Origin: an uncultured Gammaproteobacteria bacterium
GTDB lineage: Bacteria > Patescibacteriota > Patescibacteriia > Patescibacteriales > UBA12075
Reading direction: 5' to 3'
Length of the DNA stretch: 63,979 nt
NCBI GenBank assembly: GCA_964459725.1
Contig: CAYWNT010000010.1
Span: 5,739-69,717 of the forward strand
In this document: in pieces, positions 8,472-18,445 of the stretch
How positions within the stretch are numbered: the first letter of the stretch is position 1
How the letters are laid out: each line of letters starts with the position of its first letter
Program-made: the position numbers and the translations under genes
Notes under the pieces: model-generated
What the model was told of the DNA's origin: nothing
The model's database searches: none
Seen by the model: only the letters and a program-made list of their open reading frames with translations

Positions 8472-8500
8472 ATAATACACTACAAAAGATGGGATGTCAA
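8472..8500 (-). promoter_or_regulatory. secE-nusG promoter
   Basis: TTGACA-N17-TATTAT. Confidence 0.7.
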
Positions 8501-8714
8501 GTGTTGGGAGAAACAATCAATAATTGGTGAATTTTGACTTTTTTGATATAATAAATACTGAAAGGTTTACGCCTTTTGGCCAAAATTAAATAATTATCGT
8601 TAATATATTAAATTTTTAAAATTAATATTCGCAGTTTTATTTTTTCTTTGTTTTTGTTTGAGATTATTTTAATAAAAAACAAAATAGAGTTATTTCAGGC
8701 TGCTAGTATAAGCT

Positions 8715-9920
8715 ATGAGTGAAGAAAATTTTCAAAATGATTCTGACCAGAATCAAGGAGGGCATGTTTCCGAAGAGAAGCCATCAAGTCAGCCAGCAGA
8801 AGCCGGCCAAGGCATAACAGAAAAGAAGATGTTAAGCTCTATTTCTGTGCTTTGGAATAAGTCAATCACACTCTATAAGAAAAATTTTTGGAAAATGATC
8901 GGCATGGTATTGCTTCCGCTTGTTGGAGTGGCTGCCTTGTTTGTTGTTCTGCTACTGTTTGGTGCCCTGGGCCTTCTGGGGGGATTAGGCAGTGGAGCTG
9001 GTGTAGCATTAAAATTAATTTTAGGCCTCTTGGGACTTATTGCGGTATTGGGGATTATCTATTTAGGGGTTATAGCCAAGGCAGGTGTTTATATTTTGAC
9101 AATGGAATCTGACAATAACCCTACTTTTAAAGAAGCTTTTAAAAAGAGTAAAAAGGTTGCGATTGGAGTCTTTGTTGTAAATATTATGGCAGGTGTTTTT
9201 GTTATGCTTTGGGGGTTCTTATTTATCATTCCCGGAATTATAGCCGCGGTTTATTACTCTCTAGCAATTTGGACTTATCTATATGAAGGATTTACCAGCA
9301 CTAAAGCTCTAAAAAGAAGTAAAGAGTTAGTTAAGGGATACTGGTGGGCAGTGGTTGGCAGATTCTTGGCTATATTTGGTACTTATTATGCACTGGTGAT
9401 AATAATCCAAACTCTTTTGGGGGAGAACAGTGTCGCTGGAAATCTTTTTGCCTTTGTTGTTCAAATCGCCTCAATTGTAATCGGTCCGTTAATGGTTATT
9501 TATTCTTGCTTTATCTATTGGGACTTGAGAAACATTAAAGGCGAATCAAAAATTGAGAATAAAAAAGGTGCTGGGTCTTGGATTGTTGTTTTAATATTAC
9601 TTGTCTTTATATTGATATTACCAACAATGGCAATTGTTAGTTTGAATAACGCACGAGAGAGGGCAAGCGAAAAAATGTTTAGCTCTAAGGAGCAGAGCAT
9701 GCAAACATGCATCGAAATGTACAAAGCTGAAAAGGGCGAGTATCCTGTGAGCTTAAAAGATCTTGAAGAGTTTAGCTATTGTAAGTTGATGGGGATAACA
9801 GATTTTGAAAATTATAATTATAAACAAATTGAGAATGATGATTATGAATTGTGTGATATTCCTCCAGCTGACTCTAAGTTTTTGTCATCCTGTGTGTACG
9901 GGAAAAAGTTTAAGAAATAG
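8715..9920 (+). CDS. Polytopic membrane protein with C-terminal pilin-like segment
   Basis: 401 aa; disordered N-terminus, multiple TM helices; last TM followed by SLNNARERA, which resembles the start of type IV pilin/pseudopilin globular domains. Confidence 0.65.
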   Translation: MSEENFQNDSDQNQGGHVSEEKPSSQPAEAGQGITEKKMLSSISVLWNKSITLYKKNFWKMIGMVLLPLVGVAALFVVLLLFGALGLLGGLGSGAGVALKLILGLLGLIAVLGIIYLGVIAKAGVYILTMESDNNPTFKEAFKKSKKVAIGVFVVNIMAGVFVMLWGFLFIIPGIIAAVYYSLAIWTYLYEGFTSTKALKRSKELVKGYWWAVVGRFLAIFGTYYALVIIIQTLLGENSVAGNLFAFVVQIASIVIGPLMVIYSCFIYWDLRNIKGESKIENKKGAGSWIVVLILLVFILILPTMAIVSLNNARERASEKMFSSKEQSMQTCIEMYKAEKGEYPVSLKDLEEFSYCKLMGITDFENYNYKQIENDDYELCDIPPADSKFLSSCVYGKKFKK

Positions 9921-9961
9921 GAGTGATTTACTATTAATTTAATCACACAAGATCAAGTTTT

Positions 9962-12628
9962 ATGTCTTTGAATAAAATATTCAATCCAAAATCAATTGCT
10001 GTAATTGGCGCAAGTGGCAAGAAGGGGTCGGTTGGTTTTGCTTTGTTTGAGAATCTGACTAAGCAAAGCAATTTCAAGGGAGCGGTAACTCCCGTAAACA
10101 TCAAGAGAAATAAAGTTCAAGGCGTAAAAGCATATAAAAGGGTTTCTGATATTCCAGAAAAGCAGGATCTGGCTATTGTAGCCACTCCTGCCAAAACCGT
10201 TCCGGCCATTGTTAAGGAGTGTGGTGAAGCAGGAGTAAAAGGTGTTGTAATTATTTCGTCTGGCTTTTCTGAGACTGGAAAAAATGGTGAAGCATTGAGC
10301 AGGAAAATTAATGAACTAGCCAAGAAGTATGGCATGCGGATTCTGGGGCCGAATTGTCTGGGCTTTATCAGGCCTGCCATAGGACTAAACGCCAGCTTTG
10401 CCGGCAGTACAGCCAAGAAGGGGAGTATTGCTTTTATTTCCCAGAGTGGAGCCTTGTGTACATCTATTTTGGATTGGGCCAACAAAAACAACGTAGGTTT
10501 TAGCAATTTTGTTTCAATCGGTGAGATGTCTGATATTAGCTTTCATGACTTGATTGATTATTTTGGGAAAGATCCAAATACTTCCAGTATTCTGATCTAT
10601 ATGGAAACCTTGAAAGATGCTAGGAGATTTATAAGTGCTGCTCGTGCTTTTTCCAAGACTAAGCCGATTGTAGTTCTGAAATCTGGCCGAAGTGAAGAGG
10701 GGGCCAAAGCTACCAGGTCTCACACGGGTAGTCTGGCTGGAAATGATGATGTCTTTGACGCTGCCTTCAAGAGGTCTGGTGTGATCCGAGTGGACACCGC
10801 AGTAGGTCTTTTTCATGCTGCTAAAACATTGTCCATGCAGAAAAGGCCAAAGGGAAATAAACTAGCAGTGCTCACTAACGCTGGTGGCCCTGGAGTTATA
10901 GCAACTGATGCTCTCATATATTCTGGAGGACGATTGGCAGCATTGAACAAAAAAGTTGAAAATAAACTAAACAAGATATTGCCTGCCTCATGGAGTCACA
11001 ATAATCCAATTGATATTTTGGGAGATGCTGGACCAGATCGCTTTGCCCAGTCTCTTCAAGTTTTGATTAATGATGATAATAATGACGCGATACTGGTAAT
11101 TCTAACTCCTCAGCAGATGACCAACCCCACAGAGGTGGCCAGGGCAGTTGTGGATGTTAGCAAAAAAACTAGTAAAACGATAATCGCCAGCTGGATGGGA
11201 GGAAAATCTGTCCAGAAGGGCAGGGAAGTGCTTGAGGCTGGAAATGTGCCGGTCTATAGATCGCCGGAAGATGCAATTAAATCTTTTATTTATATTTATA
11301 AGTATACTAGAAATCTGAATCTTCTCCATGAAACGCCCGCCACTATTCCGCACGCTTTTTCTCCTGATACAGAATCAAACAAGAAGCTAATTCAGGATGC
11401 GATCAAGAGCGGTCGATTCGCGCTAAATGAAGTAGAATCCAAAAAGCTGCTATCAAACTATGAAATACCAGTGGTGAAGAATGCAGTTGCCAGAACAGCA
11501 AATGAGGCCAGAGATTTGGCTCATAAGGTTGGCTTCCCGGTTGCCATGAAGATTCTCTCACCAGACATACTCCACAAGACAGATATTGGAGGGGTGCGAC
11601 TCAATGTGGAGTCAAAGATCGAGGCCGAGAAAAACTTCGACGACATTATGAATAAAGCCAGAGCACACTACCCTCAGGCCAGGATTGATGGAGTGTTTAT
11701 CGAGGCCATGATAGAAAAAAGGTATGAGCTTTTGATAGGTGCTAAAAAAGATCCGATTTTTGGCCCGGTAATAGTGTTTGGTATGGGTGGTGTCGCTGTA
11801 GAAGTATTTAAGGATATTCGCATTGGCTTGCCGCCTCTTAATATGTCATTGGCTATGAGAATGATAGAGGGAACCAAGATAAATAAACTCCTCCAGGGCT
11901 ATAGAAATATTCCCGGGGTTGATATTCAGTCTATTCAGTTTTTACTTTATAAATTTGCTTATTTAATTTCAGACTTTCCTGAAATTGAAGAGATTGATAT
12001 AAATCCTTTTTCAGTAGACGAAAGCGGTGGGATTGTCCTAGACGCTAAGGTTATTCTAGATAGAAAGGTGGCCAAAAAGGACATTAAACCGTATTCCCAT
12101 CTCATGATATCTCCATATCCAAAGCAGTATATATCAGAATTCAAAATGAAAGATGGCAAGCGAAGTGTGGTCAGGCCAATTAGACCTGAAGACGAGGAAA
12201 TGGAGAATGAGATGTTTGAAACAATTTCAGCTGGAACCAAGGAACATATATTTTTTGATAAAATAAAAAACATCACCCAGGAAATGCTGGAGCGATATTC
12301 TCAGGTTGACTATGATAGGGAAATAGTCATGGTTGCAGAGGTGGGCTCAGGTAAGGGCACTAAGAAAATGTCAGGACTAGCTAGGCTTGTCGAAGATCCG
12401 GGGACCAACACTGCAGAGTTCTCCTTTGTGGTTCATAATAAATGGCAGAGGCAGGGGATTGGAAGTCACTTGATAGATAAAATTCTAGAAATTGCCAGAG
12501 ACAGAAATCTAGAAAAACTATCAGCAAAATTCCTGGCACATAAAAATCCGGTTGTTGGGATATTTAAGAGAAGAGGATTCAAGATAACGAAAAAGGGTGC
12601 GATAGGGTATGCTGAGCTTAGTCTGTGA
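9962..12628 (+). CDS. Pat/YfiQ-like protein: ADP-forming acetyl-CoA synthetase-like domains fused to a C-terminal GNAT acetyltransferase
   Basis: 888 aa; CoA-binding N-terminus (IAVIGAS), succinyl-CoA-ligase-like and ATP-grasp regions, GNAT motif QRQGIGSHL. Confidence 0.88.
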   Translation: MSLNKIFNPKSIAVIGASGKKGSVGFALFENLTKQSNFKGAVTPVNIKRNKVQGVKAYKRVSDIPEKQDLAIVATPAKTVPAIVKECGEAGVKGVVIISSGFSETGKNGEALSRKINELAKKYGMRILGPNCLGFIRPAIGLNASFAGSTAKKGSIAFISQSGALCTSILDWANKNNVGFSNFVSIGEMSDISFHDLIDYFGKDPNTSSILIYMETLKDARRFISAARAFSKTKPIVVLKSGRSEEGAKATRSHTGSLAGNDDVFDAAFKRSGVIRVDTAVGLFHAAKTLSMQKRPKGNKLAVLTNAGGPGVIATDALIYSGGRLAALNKKVENKLNKILPASWSHNNPIDILGDAGPDRFAQSLQVLINDDNNDAILVILTPQQMTNPTEVARAVVDVSKKTSKTIIASWMGGKSVQKGREVLEAGNVPVYRSPEDAIKSFIYIYKYTRNLNLLHETPATIPHAFSPDTESNKKLIQDAIKSGRFALNEVESKKLLSNYEIPVVKNAVARTANEARDLAHKVGFPVAMKILSPDILHKTDIGGVRLNVESKIEAEKNFDDIMNKARAHYPQARIDGVFIEAMIEKRYELLIGAKKDPIFGPVIVFGMGGVAVEVFKDIRIGLPPLNMSLAMRMIEGTKINKLLQGYRNIPGVDIQSIQFLLYKFAYLISDFPEIEEIDINPFSVDESGGIVLDAKVILDRKVAKKDIKPYSHLMISPYPKQYISEFKMKDGKRSVVRPIRPEDEEMENEMFETISAGTKEHIFFDKIKNITQEMLERYSQVDYDREIVMVAEVGSGKGTKKMSGLARLVEDPGTNTAEFSFVVHNKWQRQGIGSHLIDKILEIARDRNLEKLSAKFLAHKNPVVGIFKRRGFKITKKGAIGYAELSL

Positions 12629-12665
12629 AATGGATTTAGGAATTATGATTTAGGATTTATGAATT

Positions 12666-12695
12666 AAAAAAAAGAGGACTTGGTCCTCTTTTTTT
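12666..12695. terminator. Bidirectional terminator (pat-like / gyrB)
   Basis: A8-AGAGGAC-TTG-GTCCTCT-T7. Confidence 0.8.
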
Positions 12696-12735
12696 AATGT
12701 TTTTTTATCGACTCTTGTCCTGTCGGATGACGGGA

Positions 12736-12752
12736 TTATAGACTTTCGACTA
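12736..12752. repeat. 17-mer TTATAGACTTTCGACTA, copy 2
   Basis: Downstream of the gyrB stop codon. Confidence 0.8.
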
Positions 12753-12774
12753 TGTAGACTTTATAAACTATTGT

Positions 12775-14808
12775 TTACACATCAAGATTTGTAACTTTTC
12801 TGGCGTGGGTTTGGATGAACTTTTTACGTGGAGCAACGTCTCCTCCCATAAGCATGTCAAATATTTCATCAGCTCTGGCAGCGTCTTCTACTGTGACCTG
12901 ACTCATGACACGTTTTTCAGGGTCCATTGTGGTTTCCCAGAGTTGCTCTGGATTCATTTCACCCAGACCCTTGTATCTTTGGATGTTGATTTTGGTTGAT
13001 GCCTTTTTCTTGTTTTGTGCCTCTTCTTCAGCTGATTCTTCTTCTGTGTCTCCTTCGTCACTTTCTTCTACTTCCTCAACAGAGCCTCCGCCCATTTCTT
13101 CAATGATTTTTAATTTCTCTTCTTCAGTATAGGCGTATACTGATTTGGCGCCTTTTTTGATTTGGTATAGGGGTGGTTGAGCTACATAGAGATGGCCATG
13201 AGTAACCAGAGGCGTAAAGTGTCGGAAAAATAGCGTAAGGAGTAGAGTGCGGATATGAGCTCCATCTACATCAGCATCTGTCATGATGATGACTCTATGG
13301 TACCTTAGCTTTTCAAGATCAAGCTGATCATCAATATTCGTGCCGAGAGCAATAACCAGGTTCTTGATTTCATTGTTAGCAAGCATCTTGTCTAGTCTAG
13401 CCCTCTCAACGTTCAGGATCTTACCTCTGAGCGGCAAGATGGCTTGGAATTTTCTATCGCGACCTTGTTTGGCTGATCCGCCAGCAGAGTCTCCCTCCAC
13501 TATGTATAATTCACACTCTTCTGCCTTTCTGGATGAGCAGTCTGAGAGTTTTCCTGGGAGTGTCATGCCATCAAGGGCGCCTTTTCTGAGTATGGTCGCA
13601 CGCGCTGTTTTCGCTGCAAGCCTGGCTCTAGATGATAGAATACATTTGCCGATTATAGCTTCTGCTTCTTTTGGGTGTTCCTCTAAGAAATTCATGAACG
13701 ATTCTGCAAAAATCTGCTCTACATATCCCTTCATTTCAGCATTCCCTAACTTTCCCTTGGTCTGACCTTCGAACTGAGGATCGATTAGTTTCACACTGAT
13801 AATCGCGGTTAGACCTTCTCGAACATCATCACCGGTTAGATTTTCCTCTTTTTCTTTTAAGAGCTTCTTACTTCTAGCGTATGAATTCAAAGTTCTAGTA
13901 AGAGCACTTCGAAATCCTGCTAGATGAGTTCCGCCTTCTGGATTGTAGATATTGTTTGCAAAGGGGAGTACATTTTCATTGAACTCGTCGTTGTATTGAA
14001 GAGCAATCTCCACATTTGAGTCCTCAATCTTTTTATCAATATAAAATACGGTATTGTTTTTTACAGTTTTGTTCTTATTTAGAACTTTTACATAAGACTT
14101 GATGCCACCTTCAAAATAAAACATATATGCTTTTTCTCTGTGGTCAGATCTTTTGTCGAATATTTTTACTGTAATGTTCTTGGTTAGGTAGGTTTGTTGT
14201 CTTTGGTGGTCTAGAATTTTACCCCAGTCAAATTCTGTTTCAGAAAATATAGTTGGGTCAGGTTTGAAGGTGATGGTTGTTCCTACTTTTTTGGTGGTTC
14301 CAATTGATTTTACCTTAGCTTTTGGCTTACCAATCTTATATTCCTGAACCCATATTTTTCCATCTCTGTGTATCTCAGCCTTTGTATAAGTACTCAGAGC
14401 GTTTACAACAGAAACACCAACTCCATGGAGACCACCAGAGGCTTTGTATCCGCTTTCTTCGCCGCCAAATTTACCACCGGCGTGTAGAGTTGTCATTACA
14501 GTTTCCAGTGCAGAAACGCCAGTCACTTTATGTTTTCCAACTGGAATACCACGTCCGTTGTCTGTAACTTGGCACATGCCATCGTCAAGTAGGGTAATGG
14601 TGATTTCGTCAGCGTGACCTGCCATAGCTTCGTCAAATCCATTATCAACAACCTCCCAAATTAAATGATGCAGACCAGTAGAGGACGTAGACCCAATGTA
14701 CATTCCAGGTCTTTTTCTAACTGGATCAAGTCCCTCTAGAACTGTGATCGCATCTGCGCCATATTCCTGTCCTTTTTTCTTATTTTTTACTTCTTTAGCT
14801 TTAGCCAT
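12775..14808 (-). CDS. gyrB: DNA gyrase subunit B
   Basis: 677 aa; GHKL ATPase, Toprim EGDSAGG, PLRGKILNVE; acidic insertion near the C-terminus. Confidence 0.97.
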   Translation of the reverse strand: MAKAKEVKNKKKGQEYGADAITVLEGLDPVRKRPGMYIGSTSSTGLHHLIWEVVDNGFDEAMAGHADEITITLLDDGMCQVTDNGRGIPVGKHKVTGVSALETVMTTLHAGGKFGGEESGYKASGGLHGVGVSVVNALSTYTKAEIHRDGKIWVQEYKIGKPKAKVKSIGTTKKVGTTITFKPDPTIFSETEFDWGKILDHQRQQTYLTKNITVKIFDKRSDHREKAYMFYFEGGIKSYVKVLNKNKTVKNNTVFYIDKKIEDSNVEIALQYNDEFNENVLPFANNIYNPEGGTHLAGFRSALTRTLNSYARSKKLLKEKEENLTGDDVREGLTAIISVKLIDPQFEGQTKGKLGNAEMKGYVEQIFAESFMNFLEEHPKEAEAIIGKCILSSRARLAAKTARATILRKGALDGMTLPGKLSDCSSRKAEECELYIVEGDSAGGSAKQGRDRKFQAILPLRGKILNVERARLDKMLANNEIKNLVIALGTNIDDQLDLEKLRYHRVIIMTDADVDGAHIRTLLLTLFFRHFTPLVTHGHLYVAQPPLYQIKKGAKSVYAYTEEEKLKIIEEMGGGSVEEVEESDEGDTEEESAEEEAQNKKKASTKINIQRYKGLGEMNPEQLWETTMDPEKRVMSQVTVEDAARADEIFDMLMGGDVAPRKKFIQTHARKVTNLDV

Positions 14809-14869
14809 AATATGATATAATCTAATATTAAATAAAAATCAACCAACATTTTTTGTTGATTATGTATTT

Positions 14870-14898
14870 AGTATAGCAAAGATTTGTCTTGGTTGCAA
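14870..14898 (-). promoter_or_regulatory. gyrB promoter
   Basis: TTGCAA-N17-TATACT. Confidence 0.65.
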
Positions 14899-14954
14899 GT
14901 AATTTAAGAGCGAAACAATCGTAAAAAAAATAAAAATTTCTGCCCCAATCAAAC

Positions 14955-14987
14955 AAAAAACTCAGTCCTAATTGACTGAGTTTTTTG
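14955..14987. terminator. clpB terminator
   Basis: ACTCAGTC...GACTGAGT flanked by A6 and T6. Confidence 0.8.
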
Positions 14988-14999
14988 TTTATAATGGTG

Positions 15000-17633
15000 T
15001 TATTTTACATTTACCTTCACCGTGTCTTTTGCTCCAATGTCAATCGTTACCATATCTCCTTCTTTTATCTTTCCTTCTATTATTTCAAGTGCTAATTCAT
15101 CCAGAATTAAGCTCTGAATAATTCTCTTTAGCGGTCTGGCACCAAAGGTAATATCAAATCCTTTTTCTGAAAGCATCTTCTTGGTCTTGGCAGCAATTTT
15201 TAGTTTTATATTTTTGTCAGCCAAGCGTTTTTCAACTTTTGACAGTTCTAGATCTACGATCTTGAGTAGGGTTTGCTTGTTTAGACTCTTAAAGATTACT
15301 GTTTCATCAATTCTGTTTAGGAATTCTAATTTGAAATTATCTTTTAGTATGGTGTCAATCTTGTCTTTCATTTCATCATCACGCATATTGATTGACTTTG
15401 TTTCATCGCTTCCATCAGAGAATCCGATTGAATATTGCTTGATTACCTCATTGCCCAGATTTGATGTCATCACTATTATGGTATTCTTGAAATTTGCTTT
15501 GCGTCCCTTGGAGTCTGTTAGGATCCCATCATCTAGGATTTGAAGTAGTATGTTAAATACTTCCGGGTGGGCTTTTTCTATTTCATCAAATAGAATGACG
15601 CTATATGGTCTTCTCCTCACAAGGTCAGTTAGTCTGCCTCCTTCTTCATGGCCGACATAGCCTGGGGGAGAACCGATAATCTTGGATACTGAATGTTTTT
15701 CCATGTACTCACTCATGTCCAGCCTGATCATAGAATTTTCATCATTAAACATAAATTCAGATAGAGCCTTAGCAAGTTCAGTCTTACCAACACCAGTAGG
15801 TCCGACGAACAAGAATGATCCGATTGGCTTTTGCTCTTCGCTGATGCCTGCCCTAGAGCGCCTAATTGCGTTTGAGACGGCTTTTATAGCAATATCTTGC
15901 CCCTTAACTCTTTTGCTCAGTTCTTTCTCAGCATGAGCTAATTTTTGGATTTCAGACTCAAGCATTTTAGATACCGGAATACCAGTCCAGCGGGAGATAA
16001 CCTTGGCAATATCCTCTTCGTCAATTTCTTCTTTTAATATTCTCTGACCCTTCTTTTGGATGTCTTGTAATTCTTTTTCAAATGATTTTACATCTTTTTC
16101 CAGTTTTGGGATGATGGAGTATTTTATTTCAGCAACCTTTGTTAGATCATCGCCTTTGCGTTCAATAATTTCAGATTTTGCTTTTTGCTCATCGATTTCT
16201 TTCTGGCTTTTGCTTATTTTGGCAATAATATTTTTTTCATTATTCCAGTGGACTTCAATCTGGTTTGCCTCTTCCTTTAGTTGTTCTAATATTTTATTCA
16301 AATTTCTCAACTTGCCGGCGACTTTTTTATTTTTTTCTTTCCCTATTCCGGCTTTTTCAATTTCCAAGCGTTTTATTTCGCGTTTCAGCTTGTCTAGATT
16401 TTCCGGCATGGAGTCTATCTCCATTCTGAGAGCACTAGTTGCTTCATCTATAAGATCAACAGCTTTGTCTGGTAAAAATCTGTCTGTTATATATCTAGAA
16501 GATAGTTTTGCAGCCGATATTAATGCATCATCAGTGATTCTAACTCCGTGATGTACTTCGTATTTTTCTTTTATACCTCTGAGTATTGCTATAGTATCTT
16601 CAATAGTTGGCTCGGCAACAGTAATTGGCTGAAACCTTCTTTCAAGAGCAGCGTCTTTTTCTATGTGTCTTTGGTATTCTTTTGTAGTCGTAGCGCCAAC
16701 TGCACGAAGCTCGCCTCGTGCCAGAGCTGGTTTAAGCATGTTTGAGGCATCCATTGACCCCTCAGAAGCACCTGCTCCGACTAGGGTGTGAAGTTCGTCT
16801 ATAAATAGGATTATCTTTCCACGTTGAGCGTGTATTTCTCGGATGACTGCCTTCAGTCTGTCTTCGAACTCTCCTCGAAATTTAGCTCCGGCAACCATGG
16901 CTCCTAGATCCAGACTGATCAGTTCTTTGTTTTTTAGTGTTTCCGGAACATCACCGCTAACTATTCTCTGAGCTAGTCCCTCGATGATTGCAGTTTTTCC
17001 AGTACCAGCCTCACCGATGAGAACTGGGTTGTTTTTAGTCCTCCTGGAAAGAACTTGCATTATTCTTCTGATTTCGCTATCTCGGCCAATTACGGGGTCG
17101 AGCTTTTTCTTTCGGGCTCTTTCGGTTAAATTGACGGCGTATTTCTCCAGAACTTTATACTTTGTTTCTGGATCTGGATTGTCTACTGTTTGAGTGCCGC
17201 GTAGATCCTTCAGTATTTTTAAAACTATGTCATATTCAACCTTGTAGTTAAGTAGTATAGTTTGGGCATCTGACTTGGTTTTAATTAGCCCAAGAAACAA
17301 ATGTTCGGTAGAGATAAACTCATCTCCCATTTTGTCAGCTTCCTTTTTGGCCCTTTCCAGAATAGTGGCAACTTCTGCTGTGCCTTGAACTGTGGCCACA
17401 TCTCCAGCACTGGCTACATGAGGGTGTGATCCAATCTTGGTGTAAACATCTTTTTCTATTGTTTCTACTGAGACATTAAGTTTGTCCAAAATAGCCTTTA
17501 CCATGCTCTCACTCTGGGTGAGTAGGGCGGCAAGAATATGCAGACTGTCTATCTGCTTTTGGCCTGCTTCCTGAGCTATCATCTGCGCGTTAATAATCGC
17601 TTCTTGTGATTTATTTGTAAATTTATTAAACAT
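15000..17633 (-). CDS. clpB: ATP-dependent chaperone ClpB
   Basis: 877 aa; two AAA+ modules ([16 protein letters not shown]) with a coiled-coil middle domain. Confidence 0.97.
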   Translation of the reverse strand: MFNKFTNKSQEAIINAQMIAQEAGQKQIDSLHILAALLTQSESMVKAILDKLNVSVETIEKDVYTKIGSHPHVASAGDVATVQGTAEVATILERAKKEADKMGDEFISTEHLFLGLIKTKSDAQTILLNYKVEYDIVLKILKDLRGTQTVDNPDPETKYKVLEKYAVNLTERARKKKLDPVIGRDSEIRRIMQVLSRRTKNNPVLIGEAGTGKTAIIEGLAQRIVSGDVPETLKNKELISLDLGAMVAGAKFRGEFEDRLKAVIREIHAQRGKIILFIDELHTLVGAGASEGSMDASNMLKPALARGELRAVGATTTKEYQRHIEKDAALERRFQPITVAEPTIEDTIAILRGIKEKYEVHHGVRITDDALISAAKLSSRYITDRFLPDKAVDLIDEATSALRMEIDSMPENLDKLKREIKRLEIEKAGIGKEKNKKVAGKLRNLNKILEQLKEEANQIEVHWNNEKNIIAKISKSQKEIDEQKAKSEIIERKGDDLTKVAEIKYSIIPKLEKDVKSFEKELQDIQKKGQRILKEEIDEEDIAKVISRWTGIPVSKMLESEIQKLAHAEKELSKRVKGQDIAIKAVSNAIRRSRAGISEEQKPIGSFLFVGPTGVGKTELAKALSEFMFNDENSMIRLDMSEYMEKHSVSKIIGSPPGYVGHEEGGRLTDLVRRRPYSVILFDEIEKAHPEVFNILLQILDDGILTDSKGRKANFKNTIIVMTSNLGNEVIKQYSIGFSDGSDETKSINMRDDEMKDKIDTILKDNFKLEFLNRIDETVIFKSLNKQTLLKIVDLELSKVEKRLADKNIKLKIAAKTKKMLSEKGFDITFGARPLKRIIQSLILDELALEIIEGKIKEGDMVTIDIGAKDTVKVNVK

Positions 17634-17717
17634 TTATTTTAATTCAAAATGCAAAAATCAAAGTTCGAAAATTAGGTGAAATTTGTTTGTGTATTTTGTG
17701 AATAATTATTTATTTTA

Positions 17718-17744
17718 TTAGCACTCAATGAGTGAGAGTGCTAA
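17718..17744. promoter_or_regulatory. CIRCE operator (HrcA site) in the clpB promoter
   Basis: TTAGCACTC-N9-GAGTGCTAA, a perfect match to the CIRCE consensus, immediately downstream of the -10 box. Confidence 0.9.
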
Positions 17745-17748
17745 TTTA

Positions 17749-17777
17749 AATATACAACACCAAGTAACAACTGTCAA
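17749..17777 (-). promoter_or_regulatory. clpB promoter
   Basis: TTGACA-N17-TATATT. Confidence 0.75.
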
Positions 17778-17920
17778 GGGCGGGGAAGTGGAAAGTAATT
17801 GGGTTGTTTAAGTCCTTTTCAGCCTCTTCTTGATCAGTTTTTTAGCTATGTGTATATCTTTTATGTACTTATTATCTCTTATAAAAATTAAATATTTCTT
17901 AATTCAGTAGACTTTTTAAA

Positions 17921-17957
17921 ATAAAAAAAGTGGCGAACTCTCAAGAGAGTCGCCACT
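17921..17957 (-). terminator. Terminator of 17977..18252
   Basis: AGTGGCGA...TCGCCACT stem followed by a T-run on the minus strand. Confidence 0.75.
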
Positions 17958-17976
17958 ATTGCTTTTTTAATGTTGC

Positions 17977-18252
17977 TCATTCAGTTTTTTCAAGCTCTTC
18001 TGTGAGCTCAAGGCCCAAGTGCCGAGTATGGTCAGTGAGTCGTTGATTGCAAGTTCTTTTGCTCATTGTTTTCAGGGAGAAGTACAGTAGACTTGCCCTG
18101 GTTGCTGTTGGGGCCTTACGATACAGGTGTTTGATTTTTTTCAAAAATGGCTTAAAATCGATATCGTCTCCATGGCATTGAAAAAAAGATTTATTGATTG
18201 CTTCCCGATACGCTTTAACCGCGTCGCTAAATTTATTATCCACTGCTATCAT
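17977..18252 (-). CDS. Hypothetical protein
   Basis: 91 aa; AAGGAGG SD; own promoter and terminator. Confidence 0.55.
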   Translation of the reverse strand: MIAVDNKFSDAVKAYREAINKSFFQCHGDDIDFKPFLKKIKHLYRKAPTATRASLLYFSLKTMSKRTCNQRLTDHTRHLGLELTEELEKTE

Positions 18253-18294
18253 AACCGCCTCCTTTTTGGATTATTATGACTAATTATATGTGAT

Positions 18295-18323
18295 ATAATA
18301 GTAAATCATTAATTTGATTGCAA
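18295..18323 (-). promoter_or_regulatory. Promoter of 17977..18252
   Basis: TTGCAA-N17-TATTAT. Confidence 0.6.
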
Positions 18324-18445
18324 GTCAAGAGTTTATGACAATTATATTTTTATATTTTATTAATTTTGTTATAATTAAAAAAGGAATAATTTTCGTCTTC
18401 GAAGGTTTTAAATTTATAATTGATTAATAAGTTTAACATAAAAAT

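Noticed and set aside
16060-16551. Long antisense ORFs inside large genes (for example 16060-16551 in clpB, 13340-13765 in gyrB, 2021-2380, 7567-7914, 10117-10506, 56050-56514, 62745-63227)
   Set aside because: All lie fully within well-supported genes on the opposite strand. They have Ser/Leu/Phe-rich low-complexity translations and lack SDs and promoters, so they are treated as shadow ORFs.
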